From IMG/VR virus record IMGVR_UViG_3300045988_105062: a stretch of 36,871 bases of DNA; one strand, written 5' to 3'. The stretch comes from a virus. A program made the translations under genes and the position numbers. The notes below the pieces were generated by a model. The model did not search any database. It had not been told where the DNA came from and saw only the letters and a program-made list of their open reading frames with translations. This document shows, one piece after another, positions 17,372-26,205 of the stretch (within the stretch, counting starts at the first letter, position 1; each line of letters starts with the position of its first letter).

Positions 17372-20300
17372 ATGTATAACAATGTAACGGAAGCTTTTAA
17401 AGAAACAATAAGAAGTCCATCGAGGACTTTTGAAGCCAGATTAAGAATTAATGGAAAATGGTATAATTCCCGATTTAAAAAATTGGGCTATGAGACGTCC
17501 AGCACAGCAGATGAAGCATTACAGCTAGGGTCGGCGGTATCTGCTAAGATAGAGATTACTCTTAAGAAGATAGATGAATTATTTGAAAACACAGAGATAC
17601 CAGTAGAGATAGGTTTAAAGCTGCCAAGTGGAAAGTATGAATATATTCCACTTGGCTTTTTTACAGCAGAGCACCCACAAAGTGATCAGGCAACAACGAC
17701 ATTTACAGCATATGACAGAATGATGAAGACTACAGGACTATATATATCCAATCTGATATATCCAGCAAGTGCTGCTTCGGTTTTAAGTGAGATAAGTACA
17801 AGCTGTGGTGTTCCGGCAGACGTAAGTGGTCTGGATTACATAATGATACAGACTAAACCAGTTGGATATACATACAGAGAGGTGATAGGCTATATAGCTT
17901 CATTAGCTGGTGGATTTGCATGCGTGGACAGAGCCGGAACTATTGTTATTAAGTGGTATAAAGAATGTGAGTATTCTATAGATAAAACAAGAATTATGTC
18001 ATTTGAGCATAATGAAAGCAACTTTCATCTGGACTATGTTAACTGTAATGTGGATAGCCAGACTGAATTAACGCAGGGCGGTGGACAACTGGGAATAACC
18101 TTTTCCAACCCATTTATGACGTCAGACAGATTAAGTTATATATATCAGAGCATTAAAGGATTTACTTATAGAGGAGCTTCGTTAAAAACACTTGGAGATA
18201 TACGCCTGGATCCGTGGGATATCATAACTGTCAATGATGGTACTGGTGAATATAAAATGCCGGTTATGAATTTGGTACAGGAATATGATGGTGGTATGGC
18301 TATGACTGTTACATCTTATGGGAAGACGGAAACTGAGACTGAAACAGATTTTAAAGGTCCGACAACACAGCAGAACGAAAGAATATATTCTGATTTGATA
18401 TTAGCAAAGGAATTAATAGCAAAGAAGGTTGATGCCGACTGGGTTAAGGCTAATACAGTTACGGCAGAAAAAATCACCGCTGTAAATGCAGAGATAATTG
18501 ATATAAAGACTAATTATCTAAAAGCCGAGGATGCAGATTTGAAGTATGCTAACATAAAGCTTAGTAATATCGAGGCCGGCTCTATAAAGACAGCAATGAT
18601 AGACAAAGGTGCAGTTGGTACAGCTCAGATTGCAGATGGAAGCATAACAGATGCAAAGATAGTAGATTTAACTGCTAATAAAATAACAAGCGGAACTATA
18701 GATGCCGCTAATATTGAAGTAATTAACCTTAAAGCGGCTAATATTACAGTTGGTACTATTAATGGCAAGCAGATAGCTTCTGGCGCAGTAGATATGTCTA
18801 AATTTGATACAGATGTAACGCAATGGATAAGTGCGACAGATAAGGATGTGGAAAATGCAGCACAAAAGGCAGATACAGCTAATACAAATGCGGCGGGTGC
18901 ATTAAGCACGGCGGAAGCGGCTAAACTTTTATCAGCGGCGGCTTCTAAGACCGCGGAAGGAGCACAGCTTACAGCAGATGGCAAGAATACTGTATTTTAT
19001 CAGACAACAGCACCCTTGGCAGATGGTAGAAAAACTAATGATATATGGTTTAATACAGCAGATTCAAATAAGATGTATTACTTTAATGGTACAGGCTGGG
19101 TATTACGTCAGTTCGGAACTACTGCCATTGCAAATGCCTCTATAACTAATGCCTTAATAGCAGATGCAACAATACAGAATGCCAAGATTGCCAATATGGA
19201 TGCAGGAAAGATTACAAGTGGTTATATATCTGCAGACAGGATAGCTTCAGGTTCGATTGTAATTGGAAAACTTGATGCTGGTACGCAGAATGATATAGCT
19301 GCCGCCAAGAAAAGATATCAGATAACTGTAGATTTAAGAGACGCAAAATATAATACGGATACATATTATCCAGTATTAATAAATTCAGCTATACCATATA
19401 ACGGCTTACATAACTATGAATGTAATGTTCAGCTTAATAGCGGTTCTAAACCTGTATGGTCTAAGCACAATCAGGGATTTACCTGCAATCTTATACTTAA
19501 GGTTTTAGCAAGTGGTTGGGGAACAACGGATGCAAGTGGTTACTTAGAAGAAAACAATTATAGATACTGTAATAAAATGCCTGCGTTTGTAGGGCAGGTA
19601 CTACAACATAGCCAGATATATTTTATGTTGCGTGGTGGGGCACGATATTACCTTTATACACCTAATAAAAGTGACGTAATAATATATACGGCTAAAACTA
19701 ATATAGCAAGAAATACTTCATATACAGTGTATCTTGAACCTACCCAATCGCCAAAGAATGATTATGCGGAGGCTAAAGGATCTACAATTGCAAGCTGGTG
19801 TGCTGCAAATAATAAGACCCTTATTAATGGTGGAAAGATATATACAGGCAGTGTTACAGCAACACAGATAGCCGCAAATGCAATAACAACAGAAAAGATA
19901 GCGGCAAGTGCAGTTAATGCAGATAAAATAGCAGCTAGTGCTATAACTTCGGCAAAAATAGCAGCAAATGCAGTAACCTCGGATAAGATTGTTGCCAATG
20001 CAGTTACAGCCGCAAAGATAGCTTCAAAGACAATAACAGCCAATCAGATAGCTTCCAAGACAATAACAGCGGCAGAGTTAAGTGTATCTACATTGTCTGC
20101 AATATCCGCAAACCTGGGAACAGTTACAGCCGGAGTGCTTAAAAGCTCTAATTATGTTGCAAACAGTACAGGAATGATGCTTAACCTTGCAACAGGAACG
20201 TGGGACAGCAAGTATTTTAAAATATCCAGCACGGGAGATATAACAAGTACCAGTGGTATTATTGGTGGCTGGTATATAAACTCAACAGGGCTCAGTAGTT

Positions 20301-20896
20301 ACAAAAAAAATTCATCTGATGGAATAAAGTGCAGTATTAAAAATGCACTTTATATAACAGATAAAGATACGCAAAGTAATTTTATAGAACTTTGGCAACA
20401 AAACAGAAGTATTTTCAGCGTATCTTTTGGAGGAGCTGTGACAGCGAAAGTTTTATATACGGCTCAAATAGATATTGGAAAGATGGAATGCCTGAAAATC
20501 CTAGGAGACACAAGAGTTTCAGGCATATTAACAGTTGGCAATGATAAATATAAGGACTGCGATTTATCAGTGGTTGGAAAAGCAAGGATCAATGAAATAT
20601 ATACTAACTATTTTGAAAATTACGGAACCACGAAACTGAATTATATCAAGCAGAATACGAATTACTGGGCTGACTTGTACAACCTTCACGTTTATGGCGA
20701 TAGTTATTACGAAGGTCCTGCACAGTTTAATGCACGCTTATATGTAAATAATACAACGATGGGAAAAGTCGGAGTTGTGCTTAATAGAAATATCACACCA
20801 GACATTAGCTTTGGATGGGACGGGACATATCTTAGAATATATATAGATAATACTGTTATTGCCTCTTACCATTGGGGAAGTGCAAGCTGGGTATAA
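17372..20896 (+). CDS. tail-associated / tail fibre (receptor-binding) protein, 1174 aa
   Basis: N-terminal prophage-tail-like region, then multiple fibre repeats such as ITxxKIxxGxI and a 10-residue AxAVTxxKIA array. Confidence 0.8.
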   Translation: MYNNVTEAFKETIRSPSRTFEARLRINGKWYNSRFKKLGYETSSTADEALQLGSAVSAKIEITLKKIDELFENTEIPVEIGLKLPSGKYEYIPLGFFTAEHPQSDQATTTFTAYDRMMKTTGLYISNLIYPASAASVLSEISTSCGVPADVSGLDYIMIQTKPVGYTYREVIGYIASLAGGFACVDRAGTIVIKWYKECEYSIDKTRIMSFEHNESNFHLDYVNCNVDSQTELTQGGGQLGITFSNPFMTSDRLSYIYQSIKGFTYRGASLKTLGDIRLDPWDIITVNDGTGEYKMPVMNLVQEYDGGMAMTVTSYGKTETETETDFKGPTTQQNERIYSDLILAKELIAKKVDADWVKANTVTAEKITAVNAEIIDIKTNYLKAEDADLKYANIKLSNIEAGSIKTAMIDKGAVGTAQIADGSITDAKIVDLTANKITSGTIDAANIEVINLKAANITVGTINGKQIASGAVDMSKFDTDVTQWISATDKDVENAAQKADTANTNAAGALSTAEAAKLLSAAASKTAEGAQLTADGKNTVFYQTTAPLADGRKTNDIWFNTADSNKMYYFNGTGWVLRQFGTTAIANASITNALIADATIQNAKIANMDAGKITSGYISADRIASGSIVIGKLDAGTQNDIAAAKKRYQITVDLRDAKYNTDTYYPVLINSAIPYNGLHNYECNVQLNSGSKPVWSKHNQGFTCNLILKVLASGWGTTDASGYLEENNYRYCNKMPAFVGQVLQHSQIYFMLRGGARYYLYTPNKSDVIIYTAKTNIARNTSYTVYLEPTQSPKNDYAEAKGSTIASWCAANNKTLINGGKIYTGSVTATQIAANAITTEKIAASAVNADKIAASAITSAKIAANAVTSDKIVANAVTAAKIASKTITANQIASKTITAAELSVSTLSAISANLGTVTAGVLKSSNYVANSTGMMLNLATGTWDSKYFKISSTGDITSTSGIIGGWYINSTGLSSYKKNSSDGIKCSIKNALYITDKDTQSNFIELWQQNRSIFSVSFGGAVTAKVLYTAQIDIGKMECLKILGDTRVSGILTVGNDKYKDCDLSVVGKARINEIYTNYFENYGTTKLNYIKQNTNYWADLYNLHVYGDSYYEGPAQFNARLYVNNTTMGKVGVVLNRNITPDISFGWDGTYLRIYIDNTVIASYHWGSASWV
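19861..20070 (+). repeat. seven imperfect 30-bp in-frame tandem repeats inside the tail fibre gene
   Basis: Units such as AGAAAAGATAGCGGCAAGTGCAGTTAATGC / AGATAAAATAGCAGCTAGTGCTATAACTTC encode xxKIAAxAVT decapeptides. Confidence 0.85.
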
Positions 20897-20941
20897 AAAT
20901 AATATTAATAAATCCACAGAAGTGGTAGAAAGAGGTAAAAA

Positions 20942-21175
20942 ATGTTAAACGTAAACAAATCTATAACATTAAATGGAACAAGCAGTGTAGAGGAGAATGG
21001 TGCAGTTACAGATATTATGTATATGAATGCTACAATCTCCGCCAATGGAGGGTTGTCTATAAACCGCAACATAGCTAATGCACAGGCATATATAGCAAAT
21101 AAGGCAACATATACGAAAGATGTAACGGAATTTGAAAATAAATTAAATGAGCTTGTAACAGAATTTAGTAAATAA
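20942..21175 (+). CDS. hypothetical small protein between the fibre and lysis genes
   Basis: GAGGTAAAAAATG start context. Confidence 0.5.
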   Translation: MLNVNKSITLNGTSSVEENGAVTDIMYMNATISANGGLSINRNIANAQAYIANKATYTKDVTEFENKLNELVTEFSK

Positions 21176-21261
21176 AGGAGGGCAATAGAGATGATTAGAG
21201 CACCTAATATTAAAATGAATATTAATTAAAGAGTATATAAAATTCTAGGAGGAAAAAAGAA

Positions 21262-21741
21262 ATGATAACTTTAAAATATATATATGTAGAAGCAGCACAT
21301 AACAAATTGATACAGCTTGTTATAATAGCAATAATAACAGATACGGTCTTTGGTATGTTAAGAGCAATTAAAGATCACGATTTTAATAGCTGTTTTGGAA
21401 TTAATGGAGCAATCCGAAAATGTGCAATGATTTTATCTATAATATTGCTTGTTATTGTCGATTATATAACACAATTTAATTTAATAGGTTTCTTGCCTGA
21501 AGAAGTAAGACGTTTTTTTGGAGAAAGTATTGGTATCTCTGAATTTTTTGAAATTCTATTTTTAACCTATGAAGTTGTTAGTATATTAAAAAATATGGTT
21601 CTATGTGGATTGCCAGTAAAAAAAGTATGGCTGTATGTTAAGATGTTCCTGAGTAAATATACAGATGAGCTTCCAGATGATGATGAGCTTGCAGATACAA
21701 CAAGCAAAACAGAATTAGGCAATGAAAAATATATTAGTTAG
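21262..21741 (+). CDS. holin (phage_holin_4-like)
   Basis: ITDTVFGMLRAIKDHDFNSCFGINGAIRKCAMILSIILLVIVDYI, at least two TM segments, acidic tail, directly upstream of the endolysin. Confidence 0.75.
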   Translation: MITLKYIYVEAAHNKLIQLVIIAIITDTVFGMLRAIKDHDFNSCFGINGAIRKCAMILSIILLVIVDYITQFNLIGFLPEEVRRFFGESIGISEFFEILFLTYEVVSILKNMVLCGLPVKKVWLYVKMFLSKYTDELPDDDELADTTSKTELGNEKYIS

Positions 21742-21820
21742 TGAGCACGCATAGCAATACGCTGTGGGTGTTATTTTTATGTCCAAAAGAAATTTATAAA
21801 TTGAAAGAAGGAAAAAAATT

Positions 21821-22738
21821 ATGAATAAACAGGAATTTTTAGATTTAATTGTGCCACTTGCACAGACAGAAGCAGAAAGAAGAAAGATGGCAGGTACAGG
21901 TTTTGTACTTCCAAGCATATGTATCGGACAGGCTGTATTAGAGACAGGCTGGGGCGGATCTGCCTTAATGACAAAGGCTAATGCGTTCTTTGGTATTAAG
22001 GCTACTGAGAGTTGGAATGGAAAAGTATTTAGTTCCTCAACACAGGAGTGCTATGATAATGTTAATTATACTACTATTACAGCAGCATTTAGAGCATATG
22101 ATACTCCAGCTGATAGTGTAAGAGATTATTACGATCTTATCACAAATAATTCACGTTATGCAGCAGCAGTAAATGTAACAGATGCCCTTGAAGCTATTAC
22201 TGCGATTAAAAATGGCGGTTATGCTACAAGTCCTACATATGTAGAAAATGTTATGTCGATTATTAATAGCAATGACTTAACACAGTATGATAATGTAGTA
22301 ACAGAAAATACAGAGTCAAACTTACAGCCTGATATAGATACAACAAAGTATCACGAGGGTGATTTTGTGACATATGACACAATATATGCTTCATCAACAT
22401 CATCAGATGGACTTGTACCATCAAATGGCTTTACTAGTGGCACTATCACGAGAGTTCTTCCGGGTGCGGCAAATCCTTATCTTATTGATGATGGAACAGG
22501 CTGGATTAATGATGGCTGTATTACATCTGAAGATAATTCAAATACTGAAAGCTCTGATAATGATATAAATGTTGGCGATAAGGTGCGTGTGCTTGTTAAT
22601 GCTACTTACGATGGTGGTTCTTTTGCAATGTACTATGATGAATATGATGTATTAGAAGTTAAAGGAGACCGAGTAGTTATCGGTATTGGAGATGTTGTAA
22701 CTTGTGCTATTAATATTTGCAATATCGAAAGAGTTTAA
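21821..22738 (+). CDS. endolysin: GH73 N-acetylglucosaminidase with C-terminal SH3-like binding repeats
   Basis: QAVLETGWGGSALMTKANAFFGIKA glucosaminidase motif. Confidence 0.85.
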   Translation: MNKQEFLDLIVPLAQTEAERRKMAGTGFVLPSICIGQAVLETGWGGSALMTKANAFFGIKATESWNGKVFSSSTQECYDNVNYTTITAAFRAYDTPADSVRDYYDLITNNSRYAAAVNVTDALEAITAIKNGGYATSPTYVENVMSIINSNDLTQYDNVVTENTESNLQPDIDTTKYHEGDFVTYDTIYASSTSSDGLVPSNGFTSGTITRVLPGAANPYLIDDGTGWINDGCITSEDNSNTESSDNDINVGDKVRVLVNATYDGGSFAMYYDEYDVLEVKGDRVVIGIGDVVTCAINICNIERV

Positions 22739-22866
22739 TCTACATTGTACCTATATGAATTATGAATAAATCATCATATACAACTGCAAGGTGCTAATTC
22801 GCCGGGGTATTCAAAAATCCTATAGACAAAGTCCAGATGTGGGTAGAGTAATAACATAACAATTTT

Positions 22867-22891
22867 AAGAGGGGTTCGCCCCTCTTTTTTT
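22867..22891 (+). terminator. intrinsic terminator of the late operon
   Basis: AAGAGGGG-TTCG-CCCCTCTT followed by T6. Confidence 0.9.
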
Positions 22892-22916
22892 AATGCAAAA
22901 AAATTTAAAAATATGC

Positions 22917-22945
22917 TTGACAAAATAGTCGCAAACGACTATTAT
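22917..22945 (+). promoter_or_regulatory. consensus-like promoter TTGACA-17-TATTAT
   Basis: Exact -35 hexamer, 17-nt spacer, TATTAT. Confidence 0.7.
22926..22941. promoter_or_regulatory. operator copy 1: TAGTCGCAAACGACTA (6-bp inverted arms) inside the promoter spacer
   Basis: Identical 16-mer repeated 34 bp downstream. Confidence 0.7.
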
Positions 22946-22959
22946 ATAAATATAAAGAG

Positions 22960-22975
22960 TAGTCGCAAACGACTA
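22960..22975. promoter_or_regulatory. operator copy 2: TAGTCGCAAACGACTA, downstream of the -10
   Basis: Exact second copy. Confidence 0.7.
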
Positions 22976-23064
22976 CAACAAAAATAAAAGAGGATAAGAA
23001 GATGAAAAGAGAAGAAATGAAAAACATAAATAAATAGAGGTTAAATAAAGAAGGGAGAAGAATT

Positions 23065-23385
23065 ATGAAATACGAAATTGAAGAAATTGGAAGAGATAAG
23101 GGGTATAAAATCGGGGAGCAGGAACTCTATAGAATAATAGATACAGTATTCCCAACTCGCGACTTCGGCGAGGGCTGGCACGAGGAAACAAGTGGAAATA
23201 TCTGGGAGAAAGGAGATAAAAAAAGAAATTACCTTAAGTTAAAGAGGTATAGAAACTATAAAATTAGAGAGGAAGAAAATCTCGGCTACTACGACTATAT
23301 AAGAGAAGCTTACATAGTAACAAGCTACAGAATAGTAGTAACTGATGTGATAGAAAAATATAACGAAATGGAAAAGGAAAATTAA
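23065..23385 (+). CDS. hypothetical small protein (106 aa), first gene of the post-lysis moron
   Basis: GAAGGGAGAAG RBS; no recognisable motif. Confidence 0.65.
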   Translation: MKYEIEEIGRDKGYKIGEQELYRIIDTVFPTRDFGEGWHEETSGNIWEKGDKKRNYLKLKRYRNYKIREEENLGYYDYIREAYIVTSYRIVVTDVIEKYNEMEKEN

Positions 23386-23386
23386 A

Positions 23387-23959
23387 ATGAAAACAAATTT
23401 TAAAATGACAGAGGAAATAAGACTAGTTAAACAGTTGGCAAAATTAAATATATTAGGCGTAAGATACGCAGAAAGACACAAAGGCCTTATATACTCGACT
23501 TGGCGAGATGTTGAGCGCTTCATTACAGGCGGCAAACCAGCCTGTACATATGAGTACGCTGTAAATAAACTGTGCGAAAATGCTATGAAGCTGTGCGGAA
23601 ACAGCGATTACCTCGTAAGCGAAACACTTAAGCTTAAAGAGGAGATAGAAAACAGTGATATTAAAGAATTGAGGTTCGGGCTTGAACCTCGAAAGAAATT
23701 TACAGAGCTAGAGAATGAGTTAAATACAGAGCTGACAAAGTATCATCTATTGTATAACTCGGACACAGTAGAAATAAAGAAAGCGGCTGAGATACTTGAC
23801 GGTAAAGTGACAGAGAGTGCAATCAAGCAGGCTTGCCAGCAGGAGCGATTAATGAACACAAAAAAAGTAGGGAATGTGTGGTTGGTGAGCTTATCTGAGT
23901 GCCGCAATTATTGGGAAATACCAGACGATGACGAAAAGGCACTAAAATGGGAGTATTAA
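23387..23959 (+). CDS. hypothetical protein (190 aa) with a C-terminal excisionase/MerR-like HTH
   Basis: IKKAAEILDGKVTESAIKQACQQERLMNTKKVGNVWLVSLSECRNYW; start lies 1 nt after the upstream stop. Confidence 0.6.
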   Translation: MKTNFKMTEEIRLVKQLAKLNILGVRYAERHKGLIYSTWRDVERFITGGKPACTYEYAVNKLCENAMKLCGNSDYLVSETLKLKEEIENSDIKELRFGLEPRKKFTELENELNTELTKYHLLYNSDTVEIKKAAEILDGKVTESAIKQACQQERLMNTKKVGNVWLVSLSECRNYWEIPDDDEKALKWEY

Positions 23960-23981
23960 GATAAAAACACTAAGAAACAAA

Positions 23982-24013
23982 AAAGAGAGACTTAAGCTAA
24001 GTCTCTCTTTTAT
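23982..24013 (+). terminator. intrinsic terminator
   Basis: AAAGAGAGACTTA-AGC-TAAGTCTCTCTTT (13-bp perfect stem) running into TTTTAT. Confidence 0.85.
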
Positions 24014-24151
24014 CACGCCCTGGCGTTGCGGTTTAGAAATAAACTTAAAACATAATTAATGCAAAATCGTATATTTCAATACATATATATGTTACTGTTT
24101 ATGCAATGAAATTAGTATAAAACAAAACGCTATTACTGTCAATCTAAGTTA

Positions 24152-24340
24152 CTACCAACAGAGTGGGACTAATTCCTCAGTGCCGATATCTGTAAGCAGC
24201 CCGGCAACTTCCCTGTATGGCATAGAATATCTTTGCGAGATGTAACGCATAGAAGCACCAAGCTCGCCGTCCGGTCCACCATACTTCAATAAGGTATACT
24301 GCTGAAAAGCCAGCATATATGCGGGTTTGACAACTTGGTA
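24152..24340 (-). pseudogene. cotJC: fragment of a cotJC / manganese-catalase family gene (N-terminal region only)
   Basis: Minus-strand frame gives ...VVKPAYMLAFQQYTLLKYGGPDGELGASMRYISQRYSMPYREVAGLLTDIGTEEL, then VPLCW-stop. This matches the GGxDGEL...Y..Q...LLTDIGTEE core and breaks just before the conserved His. Confidence 0.7.
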
Positions 24341-24368
24341 AAAATATAGTAAGTAAAATGTTTGCTAT

Positions 24369-25835
24369 TTATTTTTGCAGGAAGAAGTACACTTCCAATT
24401 TATCATTTTCTTTATCATATACCATATGGTCAACAACACTTCTTATAGCATTAGCCCTTGTAAGAGTATTATTAGAGGTATCTTTTATAATGTCATATAC
24501 AGTTGATATACTCTTAAGCATGGCTGCATTAGAATCATCAGATGCTAAGCTGAAGGCTTCCAACTGTTTTTTAAGTGCTTTACGTTCGTCCTTAATCAGT
24601 TGTTTATTTTCTTTATATTCTTCTATTGTATCAATTCCATCCCGGTATGCTTGCTTTATTCTTGCTTCTTTATCATCAAGTTTAGATAATTTACTAAGAA
24701 GTATATCTCTGTCATCTGTATTAGCTTCGTTTGAAGCTTTTTTTAGTTCGTAATGCAATTCGGCAGTTCCATCAAAAACTCGTTCAAATGCGTTATATAC
24801 AGCCTGTTCAAGGGCAGCAGTTTTTATAAAATGGCTATGCAGACATTTGCCTTTGTTGTAGTTGCCGCATTGGTAACGTGTAGCATTAAGCCCAGCCATA
24901 AGAGAAGCTCCGCAGTCAGAACATTTCACAATTCCACCAAGCCAATGCTTCATATGTCCAGCGGCTCGTGCTTTGTATGGTTTGCTCCTTAAAGCCATAA
25001 GATGTTGTACCAAATCCCAAGTTTCTTTATTAATTATTGCTGGGTGTTTACCCATAACAATAATCCATTCACTAATGTCCTTTATTGTATGATTGTCGTG
25101 ATTTTGTCTATTCCAGCGGACGGCTCCATAATAAAATGGATTACTTAATATATATTCAACAGTACGTCCCTCAAATGCAGCCCCGCGCTTAGTTTTATAT
25201 CCAAGGGCATTAAGTTCCCTGGCAATTTCCAAGTAGCTGTGGCCGGCAATGTAGTCATTGTATATTTTTCTTACAATAACAGCTTCTTCTTCGTATATGT
25301 AAGGAATGCCAGTCTCTTTATTCATTCGGTATCCAAGAGGCAGAGAAGACTGGTAACCACCTCGTAAGGCTTTCTCAGTCATACCTCTTAGAACTTCGCC
25401 AGACAGACGAATAGAATAGTATTCATCCATCCACTCTATTATACGTTCTATTAAGGTACCAAAAGGACCATCAATAAGTGGCTCGGATACACTCACAACA
25501 TCAACACGGTTCTTTTTAAGTAAAGATTTGTAGACAATCGATTCTTCTTGATTACGCGCAAATCGGCTGAATTTCCATACAAGAATAACATCGAATGGGT
25601 GTTCTTTGCTTTTTGCCATTCCTATCATTTTCATAAATTCTGGTCGTTTGTCTGCTTTCTTGCCGGAAATACCATTATCAATGTAAATGTTTTCTGCCAG
25701 AAGTGACATATTATTCTTTTTTGCAAAGTCAATCAAAAGCCGCTTCTGTGCATCTGGTGAAAGTTCTTCCTGTTTATCTGTGGACACACGTATGTAGGCA
25801 CAAGCAGATTTCATATTAAGTATATCCCTAGCCAT
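24369..25835 (-). CDS. int: large serine recombinase (integrase)
   Basis: CAYIRVSTDKQ catalytic Ser motif, resolvase N-domain, recombinase domain, Cys-rich zinc ribbon CSDCG...CGNYNKGKC, C-terminal coiled coil; start MARD after AAAGGA. Confidence 0.92.
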   Translation of the reverse strand: MARDILNMKSACAYIRVSTDKQEELSPDAQKRLLIDFAKKNNMSLLAENIYIDNGISGKKADKRPEFMKMIGMAKSKEHPFDVILVWKFSRFARNQEESIVYKSLLKKNRVDVVSVSEPLIDGPFGTLIERIIEWMDEYYSIRLSGEVLRGMTEKALRGGYQSSLPLGYRMNKETGIPYIYEEEAVIVRKIYNDYIAGHSYLEIARELNALGYKTKRGAAFEGRTVEYILSNPFYYGAVRWNRQNHDNHTIKDISEWIIVMGKHPAIINKETWDLVQHLMALRSKPYKARAAGHMKHWLGGIVKCSDCGASLMAGLNATRYQCGNYNKGKCLHSHFIKTAALEQAVYNAFERVFDGTAELHYELKKASNEANTDDRDILLSKLSKLDDKEARIKQAYRDGIDTIEEYKENKQLIKDERKALKKQLEAFSLASDDSNAAMLKSISTVYDIIKDTSNNTLTRANAIRSVVDHMVYDKENDKLEVYFFLQK

Positions 25836-25865
25836 ATTAATCATCCTTTCTGTAAAATATATGCA

Positions 25866-25883
25866 AGTTGCACCGGTGCAACT
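25866..25883. promoter_or_regulatory. 18-bp perfect palindrome AGTTGCACCGGTGCAACT in the integrase leader
   Basis: Exact dyad about 30 nt upstream of the int start. Confidence 0.6.
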
Positions 25884-25926
25884 CAGTAAAAATGGGTATA
25901 AAAAATAACACCTACTTGCATAAGCG

Positions 25927-25980
25927 GTGCTATGAATGATATAATATGGCTTGTTCAGGGCGGTATTATATCATAAGCAC
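25927..25980. promoter_or_regulatory. inverted repeat whose arms each contain an extended -10 (TGATATAAT): face-to-face promoters
   Basis: GTGCTATGAATGATATAATA-17 nt-TATTATATCATAAGCAC; inner 10 bp perfect, outer GTGCT/AGCAC. Confidence 0.5.
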
Positions 25981-26050
25981 AGCTTAAGCTTATGTAAGTA
26001 TCGTGGTAAAAGCTCTTGTGTTGGTAGCACAGGGGCTTTTATTTATTTTT
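25952..26050 (+). ncRNA. putative ~95-nt plus-strand small RNA, antisense to the integrase promoter/leader region
   Basis: Plus-strand TGATATAAT (25937-25945) followed about 65 nt later by an 11-bp stem hairpin (26010-26038) plus TTTTATTTATTTTT; no ORF. Confidence 0.35.
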
Positions 26051-26081
26051 AAATCATAACGGCATTATCACCGAGATGGTA

Positions 26082-26114
26082 TAAAAAGACTCTGGGCCCG
26101 AAGGACACCAGAGT
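26082..26114 (-). terminator. intrinsic terminator downstream of the 533-aa gene
   Basis: Minus strand ACTCTGG-12 nt loop-CCAGAGT then CTTTTTAT; preceded by a second 10-bp hairpin at 26115-26142. Confidence 0.6.
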
Positions 26115-26205
26115 ACATTCAAGAGTAGTGTATCTTGAATGTATATTAGTGTCAATAGTCATTCCCACATCTCCAACACATAAAATGTTGGTTTAAAGCT
26201 GATAA

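Noticed and set aside
19762-20043. 93-aa minus-strand ORF with AAIF-type repeats
   Set aside because: It is a by-product of the 30-bp tandem repeats in the tail fibre gene read on the opposite strand.
22374-22568. 64-aa plus-strand ORF inside the endolysin gene
   Set aside because: It is an alternative frame within a well-supported CDS, with a His/Met/Leu-rich nonsense-like sequence.
22739-22866. 128-nt untranslated stretch between the endolysin stop and the late terminator, as a possible small RNA or tRNA
   Set aside because: I could find no cloverleaf, promoter or convincing conserved structure. It is most simply a 3' UTR.
23003-23038. 11-codon ORF (MKREEMKNINK) in the leader of the post-lysis moron
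   Set aside because: It is too short and sits in A-rich sequence. It could be a leader peptide, but nothing beyond an upstream AAGAGGA supports it.
24358-24992. Plus-strand ORFs 24358-24753 and 24753-24992
   Set aside because: They lie antisense within the serine integrase gene, which has clear catalytic motifs. They have no RBS and give a Ser/Leu-rich shadow translation.
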